Source: Emiliania huxleyi CCMP1516 (taxonomy: Eukaryota). Taken from it: a stretch of DNA of 64,000 bases. How positions within the stretch are numbered: the first letter of the stretch is position 1; every line of letters begins with the position of its first letter. The notes below the pieces were generated by a model. That model saw only the letters and a list, made by a program, of their open reading frames with translations. It was not told the DNA's origin and ran no database searches. The stretch covers positions 121,953-185,952 of the forward strand of contig NW_005201381.1 in assembly GCF_000372725.1 (NCBI RefSeq). The letters run 5' to 3'. The position numbers and the translations under genes were made by a program. Shown here piece by piece: positions 36,738-49,096 of this stretch.

Positions 36738-37775
36738 AGGAGGCTCGATCGAAGCAGTTGGTCCCTCGCCAGCGGCGTCACCGCACCTCACGCTCACCTC
36801 GAGTTGTGCGCACGCGTCCAACCTCACTGGGACAATACCGAGCTCGATCGCTCTTTCAAGCCTTCCCTTTTCCGCCTGCGCACGGGCAGCAACGCTCGCA
36901 GCCGTCGCTACTGCCACCCGTTTCGAGTTCCTCTCTCCGGCGACAGCATCATTTTCCGTCTCCCACGCTGTCAGCGCCGCTTCGGCGCGCGACAACACCT
37001 CGCGGCTGGCTTCCAGCTCACGATCGTACTCCCACGCGATCGCCAGGAACGTGCTCTGCACAGTCGCGTCGAGCGCCTTGATCTTTGGCAGCTGCCCCTC
37101 CTTGTCGCTCTGATTCGTGACAGTCACGTCTGGCCTTGACAGGAAGGCATGTGCCTCGTGCGGCGGCTTTGTGGCCCAGTTTTCAACTTGCACCCGGGTG
37201 TACAGCTCGGCTTGCGCAGCGGCGTTCTGAATGCACATGATGTGGTGCCGTTCGTTCATGGTGCCCACCGCCGGCTTGAGGCCGCCCGGAGTCATGTGCT
37301 GCATGGCGAGCCACGACTCAAACTGCGTCCAGAAGCGAGACACATAGGACAGGTCGAGGAGTATCAGGACGGTGGTGCCAAGGTAGAGCAGGTTCACCTC
37401 CGAGAGCATCGTCTCGAAGGAGGCCGTGTCCTCCGCGCTGCGCGAGCCTTTAGGCTGGTCCTGTGGCATGCAGGCGCTGTCAACCCAGACGCGTTCGATC
37501 ATCTTGCCATTCGGCGAGTTGAGAAACGCCTTGATCGCCTTGAGCTGCTCGCCGTCGGGATCGGGCTCATCGGGTTTCATCCAGCGGTGCGAGACACTGA
37601 GGGCTGTCTCTAGGTGGGTGCCCTTGACTGCCTCGGCATAGTCAATTGTGGTCTTGACGAGCGCCTGCGGGTGCTCCTCCCGGATCTGCTGAAGGAAGGG
37701 CAGGTACGTGCCGTGGAAGTAGCGCACAAAATCGGCGTCGAGCATGTAGAATGTGCAAGAGGAAACCGCCGCCAT
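35928..37775 (-). CDS. HET-like domain + poly-Pro + ankyrin repeats + RING finger protein
   Basis: LSVSHRWMKPDEPDPDGEQL, VWVDSACMPQ, YVSRFWTQFE; LLLQHGADVNQQASSGRTALMNAA, RAGADLNAIDTNGNTARHFA; CPICLDG...CAHTFCGQCI...CPVCQRPI. Confidence 0.85.
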
Positions 37776-38194
37776 GGCGCGGATAAAGGGCGCGACGGTG
37801 GGTTCGCGCCAAAACGATGGGAGTTGCGGGATGCGACTGAGGTCGATTAAACGTAACCGCTGTTCGTCCGGGACGGGCAAAAAAAGATGAGCTCGTTCGC
37901 CGCTGATCCTAGTAGTACGTTGCACGCCACCCTTTACGGCGCGGAGAGGTGTCTGTGTGTAGGCTACAACGCCGCGGGCTCGCGGCCGGGGCGGGAGGGA
38001 GCTATCGGCTTAAGGGAGAGGGGCGCGAGAGGGTCCTCCCAGTCCGCGCGCCGTGGGGGCGGCGCGACCCGCTACGCTGCAGAACATGTGCGGACAGGCG
38101 CCTATGACGCTCAAGGAGTCAGGCGCGGAGCACGGCCGGAAGAAAACTTTGAGGGTTGAGGAGGGCTCTCTAGACACAAAAGCTCGGTTTTGCA

Positions 38195-38367
38195 TCGAGC
38201 ATGTAGAATGTGCAAGAGGAGACAGCCGCCATAGCGCGGATAAAGGGCGCGACGGTGGGTTCGCGTCAGCCAAACGATGGGAGTTGCGGGATGCAAGTTT
38301 GAGGTCGATTACAGTTGAGAGGGGTTGTAAACGTAACCGCTGTTCGTCCGGGACGCAAAAACGATGA
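38195..38367 (-). repeat. Diverged duplicate of the upstream region and first codons of the HET-Ank-RING gene (copy of ~37738-37890)
   Basis: tcgagcatgtagaatgtgcaagagga...ggataaagggcgcgacggtgggttcgcg...aaacgtaaccgctgttcgtccgggacg occurs at both positions. Confidence 0.9.
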
Positions 38368-38894
38368 AGGATTTCGTCTGGGACGTCATTGTATTTGTAC
38401 TTTTAGCTTACTGGGAGAAAAGAGAGAGGGGGTTGTGTTCTCTAGGCCCCTTAGGTAGGGGCCTACGCGCGGCGTGAGAGCTCGCCGAAGCGAGCTTTGC
38501 ACGGCGATCGGCGGAACGAGTCGGATCGACGACTCGCCGCCTGCACCAGCGTGTGCGCCTCGCAATTCTATACAGAATCGACACTTGGTACGTCGTCTCT
38601 CGTCTGAATCGCTCGTGGAGAGGAGCTACGCCTACGGCCATTCCGAAGTTGCGTTCGACGACGTCGAACACTGTTCGACGACGTCGAACACGGTCCTGTA
38701 AGTAACCGAAGAGGAGCTTGGTCAGCATGATCAGAGCCGGACCGAGCAGTTCCTCACTCACTTCCTCACTGGGTGAGCTTCAGTCTCAAGCCCACAACCC
38801 ATCACCTTCGGCTCGTGTGGATTCGAACACCGCCGGGATGGAAGCTTCCTGCTTCCATCTGTGTAATGATGCCAGCACTCCACCTACCCGAAGA

Positions 38895-40347
38895 AGAGAG
38901 AGAGAGAGAGATTTTTAGCAATACCAAACAACTCTAACACTCACACGTAATTTGGGGCCTGGAGCCCTGTTCACGCGCGCGCGAGACGTGCAGACAGGGT
39001 TGCCAGGTGAGAGCGAATGGCGCGGTTCACGCCTCGCACAACAGAGAGAGAGATGCGCTCTGCATGGTGGGACATAAAAGAGAGCGAGTACTTGGGCGAG
39101 TAGGCCGTGCGGTCAACGCTGCCGCGCGCGACTTTGCGCGCGAGGCGGCGCAGCTTGAGAACGGCGGTGGGCGAGAAGCCGCCGCCGAACGTCTCGTGGA
39201 GCAGCAGGTTGAAGTTGTTGCGCTTGACAAAGATCGCGTCGTGGTAGAAACCGCGATGCGCCTTGACGTAGCCGTGGCCGGTCTTGTGGGAGAAGGGCTG
39301 GCCGGGCTGCCCGCGCGCCTTGCAGCCCATGTTTAGGCGGCGGGCCTTTTCTTCGGTGTTGCCGAAGGCGTAGGAGTGGCCAACGGAGGCGGGCGTGCCG
39401 CCACTCGAGGCGTTGCCAACGCCCGGCGAGGAGGTCTTGAGGAGGGGCGTCCAGAGCTTGACTTCATTCACCTCATCGCATCCTCCCGGGCCAGCGTGGG
39501 GTTCCGCGAGGTCGACCTTGTACCCCTCGTTGTACTGCCGGGTGAGCTCTGGTTTCTCCTTGTCGCCGTGCACGACCGGCGCGTTGGCCGGGGCGCGCAT
39601 CGCGTCCGCCCAGGCGGCGAGGACGCCGTCGTGGGGCCGCCGGTGGTGGGCCTTGTTGTAAAGGTAGTCGCCGAAGAAATCGACTGGCATGCCCCGCTCG
39701 AGCGCGACCCGAAGGGTGGGAAGCGCCGCGGAGAGCCAAAGGCCGAGCTTTCGCTGGAGCTCGTCTTGGAGGGTGTCGGAGGAGAGGGCGGTGGCGTACG
39801 TACCGTCGACACGGACATCGAAGGCCTTGCCGGCGAAAGGCGTTGAGGCGGAGACGAAGCGCGCGGCTTCGCGGTTGTTGACGGCGCTGTCTCCGAGGGA
39901 CGGGTTGTTCTTGACGTGCACATCCCGCGCCTTGACGAGCTCCTGGTGCGCGTACCAGTCCTTGTGATTCTTGATGGCAGCGAGCGCCCGCGGCCGCGGG
40001 TACGTGGATTTGCAAGTGCCATTGAGAATCGCGTCGGTAGCTGGAAGGGACTCGGGCTCGGGGAGCGGGACGCTCTTGGGGTAGAACTCAGTCAGGTAGC
40101 CGCCGCGGACGGTGTAGTACTTGTTTTTGTCGCGGGCGGCGCGCTTCTCGCACACCTCCTTCCAGTCCGAGAGGGCGGACTCGTAGGTGGCGATAGCTGC
40201 GGCGATGGCGGGGTACTTGGACGCACCTCCCTCGTCGTGGGCGAAGTCGGGGTTGTGGGCGACGAGGGTGCGCCAGTTCTTGAGGAGCGACATGGAGAAG
40301 TCGCTGTCGGCGCGCGAGAAGGCGGTGTCGATGTTGCACCCGCCCAT
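38895..40347 (-). mobile_element. 5'-truncated non-LTR retrotransposon family B with restriction-like endonuclease ORF end (CRE-like), 3' end ...gctaaaaa(TC)n
   Basis: Open 458-aa frame 38971-40347 with RPHDGV, VDLAEP..EVK, EEK...Y, FNLLLHETFGGGFS, ERISLSVVRG resembling the RLE C-terminus; its 3' UTR is repeated elsewhere in the window; no RT core present. Confidence 0.75.
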
Positions 40348-40650
40348 CTAAGAAGAATGCCACATTTCTTGTTGGCTTCTAAAAATCTCTCTCTCCTACC
40401 CGTTCCAGGCAGGGCTCTTTCTTACCTAAAAATCCTTATTAGGGCCGGCTCTGGCCTGAGTGCCGGCCGGAGCTAAGAAACCACGGCATGGGGTGGGCGA
40501 GGGGTGTGGAAAGGCTTAGAAACGGCGGCGTGCCGGAATTCTGTTTTCTTAATGCCCGGCGAACCCAGCGTCGGTTCTGGACTTCTCCCGCGATTCACCT
40601 GGCACGTATTGTGCATGTCGAACACCATCACGTGCACCGCGTCCGCCGTC

Positions 40651-41568
40651 ATGGCGAGCGTTGTCAAGAAGCCTGCCGCCTCGCCGGCCGCGGCGGCGGT
40701 CTACTCTTTCCGCGAGCCAGTGGAGAAACTTCCGTGGCGCTCGCACTTCTCTTCGCTCCTGCTGTCGGCCGACTGGCTGAACACCGCCATCGAGCTGACG
40801 GTCCTGCTGACGCTCACCGCAATGGCGACGCTGCTCCCGGCGTCCCGAGTCGACGTGCCTGGGTCGATGCGGCTCGGTCAGCTCTCCGCCTTCCTGTGGG
40901 CTGCGTCGCTCACGCGGCGCGTCTACAATGCATACCTCGAGGCCGTCTTCTTCGCCTGTCCTGCGCGGCGGACGCAGCCGCCACGCGAGCACGCACTCAA
41001 GGCGGAGAGCGATCTGTGCGGTCGCGACCGCGAGCAGCTCGCCGCCCTCGTCTACCACGACCGCATGACGCTCCTCTCGCAGCTCACGCTCGTCCTGGCA
41101 CTGTCTGCGACACTTCTGAGACACACGTCCTTCCCGTCCCCACCACGCGCACCTACGCACGGCACCACCTCTCATCGCCTCGCCTTCGGCACGCCCGTGT
41201 GGCCTACCCGCGGCCGCTGCCCGACGTGTCCCGGCACACTGCCCTGCAGGTACTACGGAGTGCCGGGCTTCTACCCCGCCTTCGACTCTCGGCTGGCTGG
41301 CGCACCGGCGACACGAAGCTGGCCACGCTCGAGGGCGACGAGAGGCTTCTCGGAGCCGTTCTCTGAGCCTCGCTGTAGGTTGCGGTCCGGCTGGCCCGTC
41401 TTGTGGCCCACCACTACCTCCTCTCCTTTGGCATGTGAAACCACACGATTCCGCAACTCCGGCTCCCGCCGCCGCAGAGCCCCCAGGGCACCGTCCTCGG
41501 CACCTTCTCGTAGGTACTGGGCCCACCGCGCGCTCCACGTCGTGCCGTTTCTCTGGCGGCGCATCCAC
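40651..41568 (+). CDS. Fatty acid hydroxylase/sterol desaturase superfamily membrane protein (possibly CER1/CER3-like), 5' part; remainder probably in or after the gap
   Basis: Spliced LVAHHYLLSFGMYWAHRALHVVPFLWRRIH gives the first His box (HxxxH) and the start of the second; hydrophobic N-terminal helices. Confidence 0.75.
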
Positions 41569-42040
41569 GTGCGCTTCCTCCCGCCTCCACTCCCGCCTCT
41601 CCCCTCCCGCCTCTCCCGCCTCCACCTCCACTCCCGCCTCCCGTCCCCGCCTCCACCTCCCGCTGCCTCTCCACTCCCGCCTCCACAGCCGCGTCTCTCA
41701 TGCCGCTTCCAGCCACCGCCGCTGCCGCCGCTTCTCTCATCGCCGCCTACGTCGCCGCTGCCGCCTCTCTCCTTTCGCCCTCTCTCTCTTTGCTGCTGCC
41801 TCTCTTCTCGCCACCTCTGCCTGCCCTGCCGCCTGCCTGCCTGCCCGTTCGCTCCCTCCCCGAGCGGCAGAGGCGAATAGAAACGCGTCCCTCGATTTCC
41901 TCCACTCACGGTCCTCTCCCTCTATAACGTAATTCGGATCAAGAAGGTAACGTAATTGAATTTCGCCCAAGTGACGAAGCCGGTCGAATGATGTGACGCA
42001 AAATCCACGCACGATCCGCACACTCGGGACCGACACTCGG

Positions 42041-42704
42041 NNNNNNNNNNNNNNNNNNNNNNNNNNNNNNNNNNNNNNNNNNNNNNNNNNNNNNNNNNNN
42101 NNNNNNNNNNNNNNNNNNNNNNNNNNNNNNNNNNNNNNNNNNNNNNNNNNNNNNNNNNNNNNNNNNNNNNNNNNNNNNNNNNNNNNNNNNNNNNNNNNNN
42201 NNNNNNNNNNNNNNNNNNNNNNNNNNNNNNNNNNNNNNNNNNNNNNNNNNNNNNNNNNNNNNNNNNNNNNNNNNNNNNNNNNNNNNNNNNNNNNNNNNNN
42301 NNNNNNNNNNNNNNNNNNNNNNNNNNNNNNNNNNNNNNNNNNNNNNNNNNNNNNNNNNNNNNNNNNNNNNNNNNNNNNNNNNNNNNNNNNNNNNNNNNNN
42401 NNNNNNNNNNNNNNNNNNNNNNNNNNNNNNNNNNNNNNNNNNNNNNNNNNNNNNNNNNNNNNNNNNNNNNNNNNNNNNNNNNNNNNNNNNNNNNNNNNNN
42501 NNNNNNNNNNNNNNNNNNNNNNNNNNNNNNNNNNNNNNNNNNNNNNNNNNNNNNNNNNNNNNNNNNNNNNNNNNNNNNNNNNNNNNNNNNNNNNNNNNNN
42601 NNNNNNNNNNNNNNNNNNNNNNNNNNNNNNNNNNNNNNNNNNNNNNNNNNNNNNNNNNNNNNNNNNNNNNNNNNNNNNNNNNNNNNNNNNNNNNNNNNNN
42701 NNNN
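42041..42704. other. Assembly gap
   Basis: Run of N. Confidence 1.
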
Positions 42705-45700
42705 GTCATCCGATTGGCCCACGAGGGAACAAGAGCTGCAACTTCACTTTCGCCGCGCTCGGCGGCGTCTGGGACTGCTGGCGCGGCGCCGTAGAACTGC
42801 AGCACAGTTCTTGCACTCTGGCGAAGGGCACACGTGTCTTGCTGCATCCAGCTGCTACTGGCAGCCGGACTCAGCTGCCAGTGCACAGCCGGACTCCTTC
42901 ACGCTCCGTGCACTCTCTGTACGCTCTCTTCGTACACGCTAGGTTCGGCACGCGCAAGACCGGGCGCGCGATGCGCTTCCCCGAGTGCGCCACGTCTCGC
43001 GACGTCGCCGACGACGCCGCGGGCAAGCGGCGGGCGACCAACCCGTTGGGTAACATCACCTCGCCGGCGATCGTGCGCAGCGCCCAAACCGCGCCCCTTG
43101 TGTGTAGCCGAGCCAGCAGCCGCGAAGACGCATCCTCGACATTGCTGTGTTCGGTCGTATTCTCGCGACGCTCTGACTGCACCACACGACGCCGTGAGAT
43201 CACGCCCTCTTCCCCCCGCATTCCCACCCGTACAGGTCCTCAGCCCCGTGCTAGCGGTGGTCGCGCTCGCGGCGGCCAAGCTGGCTGCCACCCGCTTCTC
43301 GATCGCCTGAGGCCGCGACTCTCGACTCCCCGCCCGCCGCCGGCCTTTGGTCCCTTTCCCGCCCCCCCCCCCCCCCCCGAGTCCTGGGGGCCGGGGGGGA
43401 AGGGGGGGGCTGCGGGAGACGCGACTGACGGCGACGATCGGGGCGCGCGACGTCAGTCGCGACACGTGTAGGACTACGAGTTAGGAGTGTCAGCGGTAGA
43501 GCGCCGCCGGGGCCACAACACCCGGTGGGCGCATATGCTGGAGAGAGAGAGCCACAGTCTCTCAGCGCGTGGGGGGCGTGGCCATGCAAAGCGATGGGAT
43601 TTGTGGGTCGCGGGTAGAGGGTTAGGAGCGCGTACAGTGGTTAGTGCAGCAGCTCGAGTGCAGCAGCGTGATCAACAAAACCATGTTTCGCCGTTCTTTT
43701 TTTACTTTTGTTTTCATGGGAATTCGGCGTATTGCGGCGCCATCGGTTCTCTGGTAGGACGGGAACGAGATGATAGTAGGGAGTAGAAGAAAGCAAAGAG
43801 GAGCCCTGCGCACGCACGACTCCGCAGGAGAAACCCCTTCACAGAAAACTGCGGCCGCCAGCGACTGAGCGTCTCGCTGGCGGACGGGGAGAGGAACACA
43901 AAGGGACGTCCGGACGTCCATCCACTGGGATGAGAATACTGCTTACTGGAGATCTGAGGTCGAATCTGCCGATTCCACAGCCGCCCACAGGAGCGCCGCC
44001 TCAACACGGGGTCTCGGCTCTATCGAGCCATGCTAGCTCCAGCCGCAGCCCCACCCGGCCGCCCGAGGGTGTTCCCGCAGGCAGAGAAGACCAATCCTGG
44101 GGGAAGTAACCCTATCACGCCTTGCGACAGCCTGTCGGCGCTGCTGACCGTGCCACCTCTCTGCTGCACAATTGATCACCTCGACCTGCATAGCTCCGCG
44201 GCCTTAGTATCCAGCATTCAGTGACTACCTGATCGTACGGCCAGTATAGGAAGGTGTCCTTCCAGCTGCGTGCACGCTTCTGACGCAAATCGCAATGCAT
44301 TCGCAACGCAATATATGCGCGTCACACACACTGCCTTGGATATTGGCTGCTGCCCGCTGGCACTCTCGAGGCTATGCCTACACAGCCTCGCGCGCATGGC
44401 AGTCAAGAGGAACCACGCACCTTCTCAGGACAGCGCCGGCGCCTCTCTCTTGGACCGGCAAACGTGTGGTGTCGTGTCACCAATGTGCGACCAGTGCGGC
44501 ATCGCGCCATCGACAGCTCTGAACTGCGCCTCACCACTGACCGGGAAGGCCGCCAAGGGGCCAGCACAGGTCGCACATTGTGGCAGCAGTCAGCAGTGCA
44601 TGTCTGATAGCTAGAGCAGCAGCGTCGGGGTCGCAGGGTTGGTCGGATCGTGTCAAGCCTCTCGCCCGGCCGGCCGCGTGCAGACGTCGGCCTGTCTGCT
44701 GTCTGGAGTGATCTGTCGGCGGTCACGGGTCACGCGCCGCTCGGGAGCCGCGGCGCAGCCTCCAGAGACTGCAACGACAGCGAGCATACGCGCACGCGAC
44801 TAAGCAGCTAACTCGAGGGGTTTCCTCAATCAACCGAACGCACTAGGCTGGCGAAAAAACCGGGGCGCGGGATTAGTGCGCGACGGGACCCTTCCCGGGC
44901 CCCTCCGGGGGGGGCCCGGTGCACCCGGTCGGTGCTAATAGAGATAGTAATAGAGCCGGGGCCCCGTTTCCGCACTGCTGCGCGGCGCACGGTGCCTCCG
45001 GGCCGGGCCCCCCCGCGCCCCCCCAGAAACCCCCCCCGGGTAAACCCCGAAAATTCCCGGATTTTCCTAGGCATGTTCGGGTATTACCCGCTAGAGATCG
45101 CCGTGGGTCACTGGTAGGCCTTCCTTATTGTTGTTCAGCTGGCCTATCGGCTAACGCGTTAGCTGCTGTAGTTTGTTGGGGCGCCCCACTGTTGTTCTGT
45201 TGTTACTGTTAACACTAGCAACACCCAACACTGTTCAGCTCCCAACGTTTGGCAGCTCTAAGGACTAAGCCTGGTGGAGGCCTCGACCATTTCACGCCGC
45301 CTAAGTTCTTTTTCTGGGAGTTGCATTCTAAATTTATTTGGGTTTACTTGTGTTCCTGTTAGTGCCAGTGCGCGCCAGTCCCGTGGCCGTGCCCAGTGTT
45401 GTGCGAGAGGTTACCAAATTCTTTTTTTCGGCACGGGACTGGCTCCTGTGTTTAGTGCCAGTGCGCGCCACCGCCAGTCCCGTGCCTAGCCCTAGGAGAT
45501 AATTCCAGCAGCCACGCCCACGGCCACGCGCTAAAATTCTTTTGGTGTGTGCCGTACCCGACCCCCCCCCCCCACGATTTCTTTCGTCATCGTTCTTTTC
45601 TCTTTTGTTTTTAAAACTGCGCTTCTCTTATTCTATGTTCTTTTTTCGCACACCGTCCTCGCAGGAGTCGCTTAGGTGGCTCCCGTGGTGTACCTGTGTC

Positions 45701-46025
45701 TCGAGACCTGTGTTAGTGCCAGTGTTTGTTATGACCCCCCCCAGTGAACACTCCAGTGAGGGAGGGCGAGACGATCGAGGGGTCCCGTACCATGCGGAAT
45801 CGACCCTATCCAGTGCTCACAAGTGCTCAAGTGCCAGTGGCAGTATGCGCGCCAGTCCCGTGCGGCCCAGTTGTGCGAGGGAGTTTTGTTGTCTAGAACT
45901 TACCCAAACGAGCGATTTCTTTTCCCCGTTCTTTTGTTTTGTTTCGTCGCTGGCTGGTGCGGGCTGCGCTTTGTTTGTTTGCCACACACACGCACGCTTT
46001 TGGGGTCACCCCCCCCCCCACCCCG

Positions 46026-46225
46026 AAAGAAAGAAAGAAAGAAAAACAGACAACCCAAGGGAGGGATGGGAGGACGGCACGCGCCGCCACCACACAGGGA
46101 TTTTAAGGAGAGGAGCCGGCGCCCACCCTAACCCTTGGTCGTCTGCCTCTTTCTATCTCCCTTCGCAGTCCCTCGCCGATTCCTCGCTGCAACCTTCTTT
46201 TCACCTTTTGTCGTCGCTCTCCTCT
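46026..46225 (-). mobile_element. LINE family A short 3' fragment, adjacent to (GA)n at 46235-46282
   Basis: (aaag)n aaaacagacaacccaagggagggatgggaggacggcacg...cacacagggattttaaggagagg. Confidence 0.8.
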
Positions 46226-46233
46226 TGAGCTCT

Positions 46234-46285
<52 letters not shown>

Positions 46286-46498
46286 CTCTCTTGAGCTCTC
46301 CTCCCTCTCTCCGACCCGCTTTTCTTTTTCGGGCTCCGCCCAAGAGCCTGCAGAAGCGCGTCGTGCAACAGGCTCACTGCCCGCTCCGCGGGCCACCGCA
46401 CCCGCACCCGCACCCGCGCGCCGCGCCGCGCCCGCGCCGGCGCCGCCAACGCACCGTGTGCGCCACCGACGCGCTGCGCGCCCGCCGCCGCAGGCCCG

Positions 46499-48468
46499 AT
46501 GGCGCGCAATGAGGAGAAGGCGCAGGCGATGCTCAACCGCTTCGTGGTGGCGAAGCGGGACGCGAACCGGGTGGACATGACGAAGCGGCCGTACCTCGCC
46601 TCGGAGTGCGAGGACGTGTCGCACTGCGAGGTTTACCGCGGCCAGATCCTCAAGGAGCTGTCGAAGAAGGTGTCGCTCATCCAAAACGAGGGGCTGGATG
46701 AGCACCGCGTGCGTGACCTCAACGACGCGATCAACAAGCTCATCCGAGAGAAGGGGCACTGGGAGCGCCAGATCAAAAAGCTAGGAGGCGCCCGCGCCCC
46801 ACCACCCCCTCCGCCCCCACGCCCGCCGCCCGCCGCCCGCCGCCCCCCTCCTCCGCCGCCCTCCACCGCTCCCCCGCCCCAGCCCCGCCCCGCCCCGCCC
46901 CACGGCTCGACCTTACCGCCCGCTCCAAACCGCGTGCGCGTCAGGCGCGGACCACTTTCGGACGGCGCCGCGGTTATTCGAGGACGACGCGGAGGAGGTT
47001 GCGACCACACCGCTCACCCACACTTTGAATGCCGTGCCAGCTCCTCTCGTCTAGACGTGGAGTCGCGTTTGACTAGCCTGGCCCTCGCCCCACCACCTTG
47101 CGTGTGTGTGGAGAAGTTCACCGTACCTTCCCTTACCTTAGGTTGTGCCGGGGAGAGGGTCGACCCGCTGACTTTACCGCCGCCCGAAGGCCGAGCGACC
47201 GCTCCCTGGAGCCTTCCCGACGCCGTGAATAGGTACCGCTACTTTGGCGCCGCCAAGAAGCTGCCGGGGGTACGAGAGCTCTTCCGCAAGCGCGCGGCCG
47301 GGGGCGGAGCGGCAACCCTCCTGGTCTGTTTGTGTCTGACAGCCGGCGTGTCTTTCTTGTCTTCAGGCGCGCGCCCGAGCGCGAGAAGCGGACGCGATTC
47401 GAGATGATGAAGGGCATCGACGCCGACTACTACGGGTACCGCGACGACGACGACGGCGTGCTCGAGGAGCTGGAGCGGGCGGCGGAGGAGGGCTCCCTCC
47501 AGCAGGCGCGCGAGGGCGGGGAGGGGCAGCGGGCAGGCACTTTTCCGAGAACGTTCCGAGACACCTCAGAGCTCTCGAGGCACCGGAGCTTCCTAGCTGG
47601 AGAGCTAGCTGGAGAGGGAGGGGAGGGCGGGGGGAGGGGGAGGGTGTGTGTGGGTGTGTGGGGGGGGGGGCGGGGGCGACACACTTCCAACACTTCCGAG
47701 ACACCTCCGCGACGTTTCCGCAACACCGTTCGGACCCTCCAGCTGGCGCGCCAGGACGCAGACACCTTCCTACCGAGCCAGACCTGCCAGAGACACCTGC
47801 AAGAGACCTCCCGCCTTCAGGACGCGCAAGCAGGCGCCTGCCTCCTCCTCTCTCTCCTCACACGCCGCGTCTTCCTTTTTGTCTGCAGGCGCGCGAGGAC
47901 TGGGAGGCGCGCAAGGCGGCGCGGCTGGCGGCGGGCGAGCCCGGCGGGCGGGGGCCGAGCCGCCGGCGACGCGCCCCCGCGCTGAACCTTCTCGGAACTT
48001 TCGTGCAGGCGAGCCGGCGGACGAGGAGGAGTCGGACGGGGAGGGCGACGGCGAGGACGCGCGGAGAGCAGAGCGGTTCCAGGTGCTCTCGCCGCTCCCG
48101 CCCTCCCTGCGCCTCTGCTCTCGCGGTCCCTCTCCCCTCGGCGAGGATGCCTCTCCCTCCCCTTCGCCGCCTCTTCCCTCCCAAACTGCCCCCCTCCTCC
48201 CTCTCTCCCGACTGCCCTCGCCGCCTCCCACTCTCCGCCTGTACCCGCCTGTACCTCACCGCCCTGGCTCCATGATCTCTCTCTCCCCAGCCCTCATCCA
48301 CTCCCCCGCACCTTCCAGGAGGCGCTGCCAGACCGCGAGGCGATCGAGCGCGCCATCCTCGAGAAGCGGAAGCGGGAGATGCTCGCGATGCTCGGCGGCG
48401 GCGACGCGGGCGGCGCGCCCAAACACAAGGAGGAGGGGTCGATCAACCTCGTGCCGAAGAGCTGGTAG
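46499..48468 (+). CDS. ISY1: Pre-mRNA splicing factor ISY1, multi-exon
   Basis: MARNEEKAQAMLNRF, KRPYLASEC, RVRDLNDAINKLIREKGHWERQIKKLGG, YRYFGAAKKLPGVRELF, IDADYYGYRDDDDGVL, IERAILEKRKREML. Confidence 0.95.
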
Positions 48469-49096
48469 CGAGGGAGCTGCCCTCCCGCGGCCGCCGTGTC
48501 GCAGTGGGGCAGCGCCGGCCTCGGCATGGCGCGTACTTAAACTACTAACATTGTCGAGTCGGTCCGGCAGACTGAGTCCAGGAGAGTCGAAGCGCATGGA
48601 GTTTAGAGAGCGGGCAGCGTCACGGGGAGAGAGGTTCCAGGGGCAGGGCCGCGCGCTCACAGTGTGTCGCTGGTGTGTCGACTGTCGTGTGCCGTGTGTG
48701 CCGGAGGTGTGGCGTTGCGTTTATGCTGTTTTCATGTTCTGTCCCTTAAGAATTGAGAGGAACACGCTAGCAAACACACGAGATACCAACGAACCGCATT
48801 ACTCGCGAGCTCGTTTTCTCATCTCCTAGAGCGCGTCAGTCTCAGTGACAGAGTGTCGTTATTCTCCCCTACCGCCCTAGAATGTAGAAACTTGCTACTT
48901 GGTACTGCATTGTTGAAACGTGGGCCTACCAAGCGCCGAGAACAGGCCGTGTGCCGCGAAAGTAGACCTCGGGTCACCGGTCACATGTCTGGGGTGGGGG
49001 GGGGAGGGGGGGGGGGGGCAGTCAGGGGGGTGGGCCCGAGGCGCGAGGGGCGCCGGCGGGAAAAAGGGGGCAGTGGCCGAGCGGTGGCGGCACACA

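Noticed and set aside
41922..43471. Long ORFs spanning the N gap
   Set aside because: Artefacts of translating through N.
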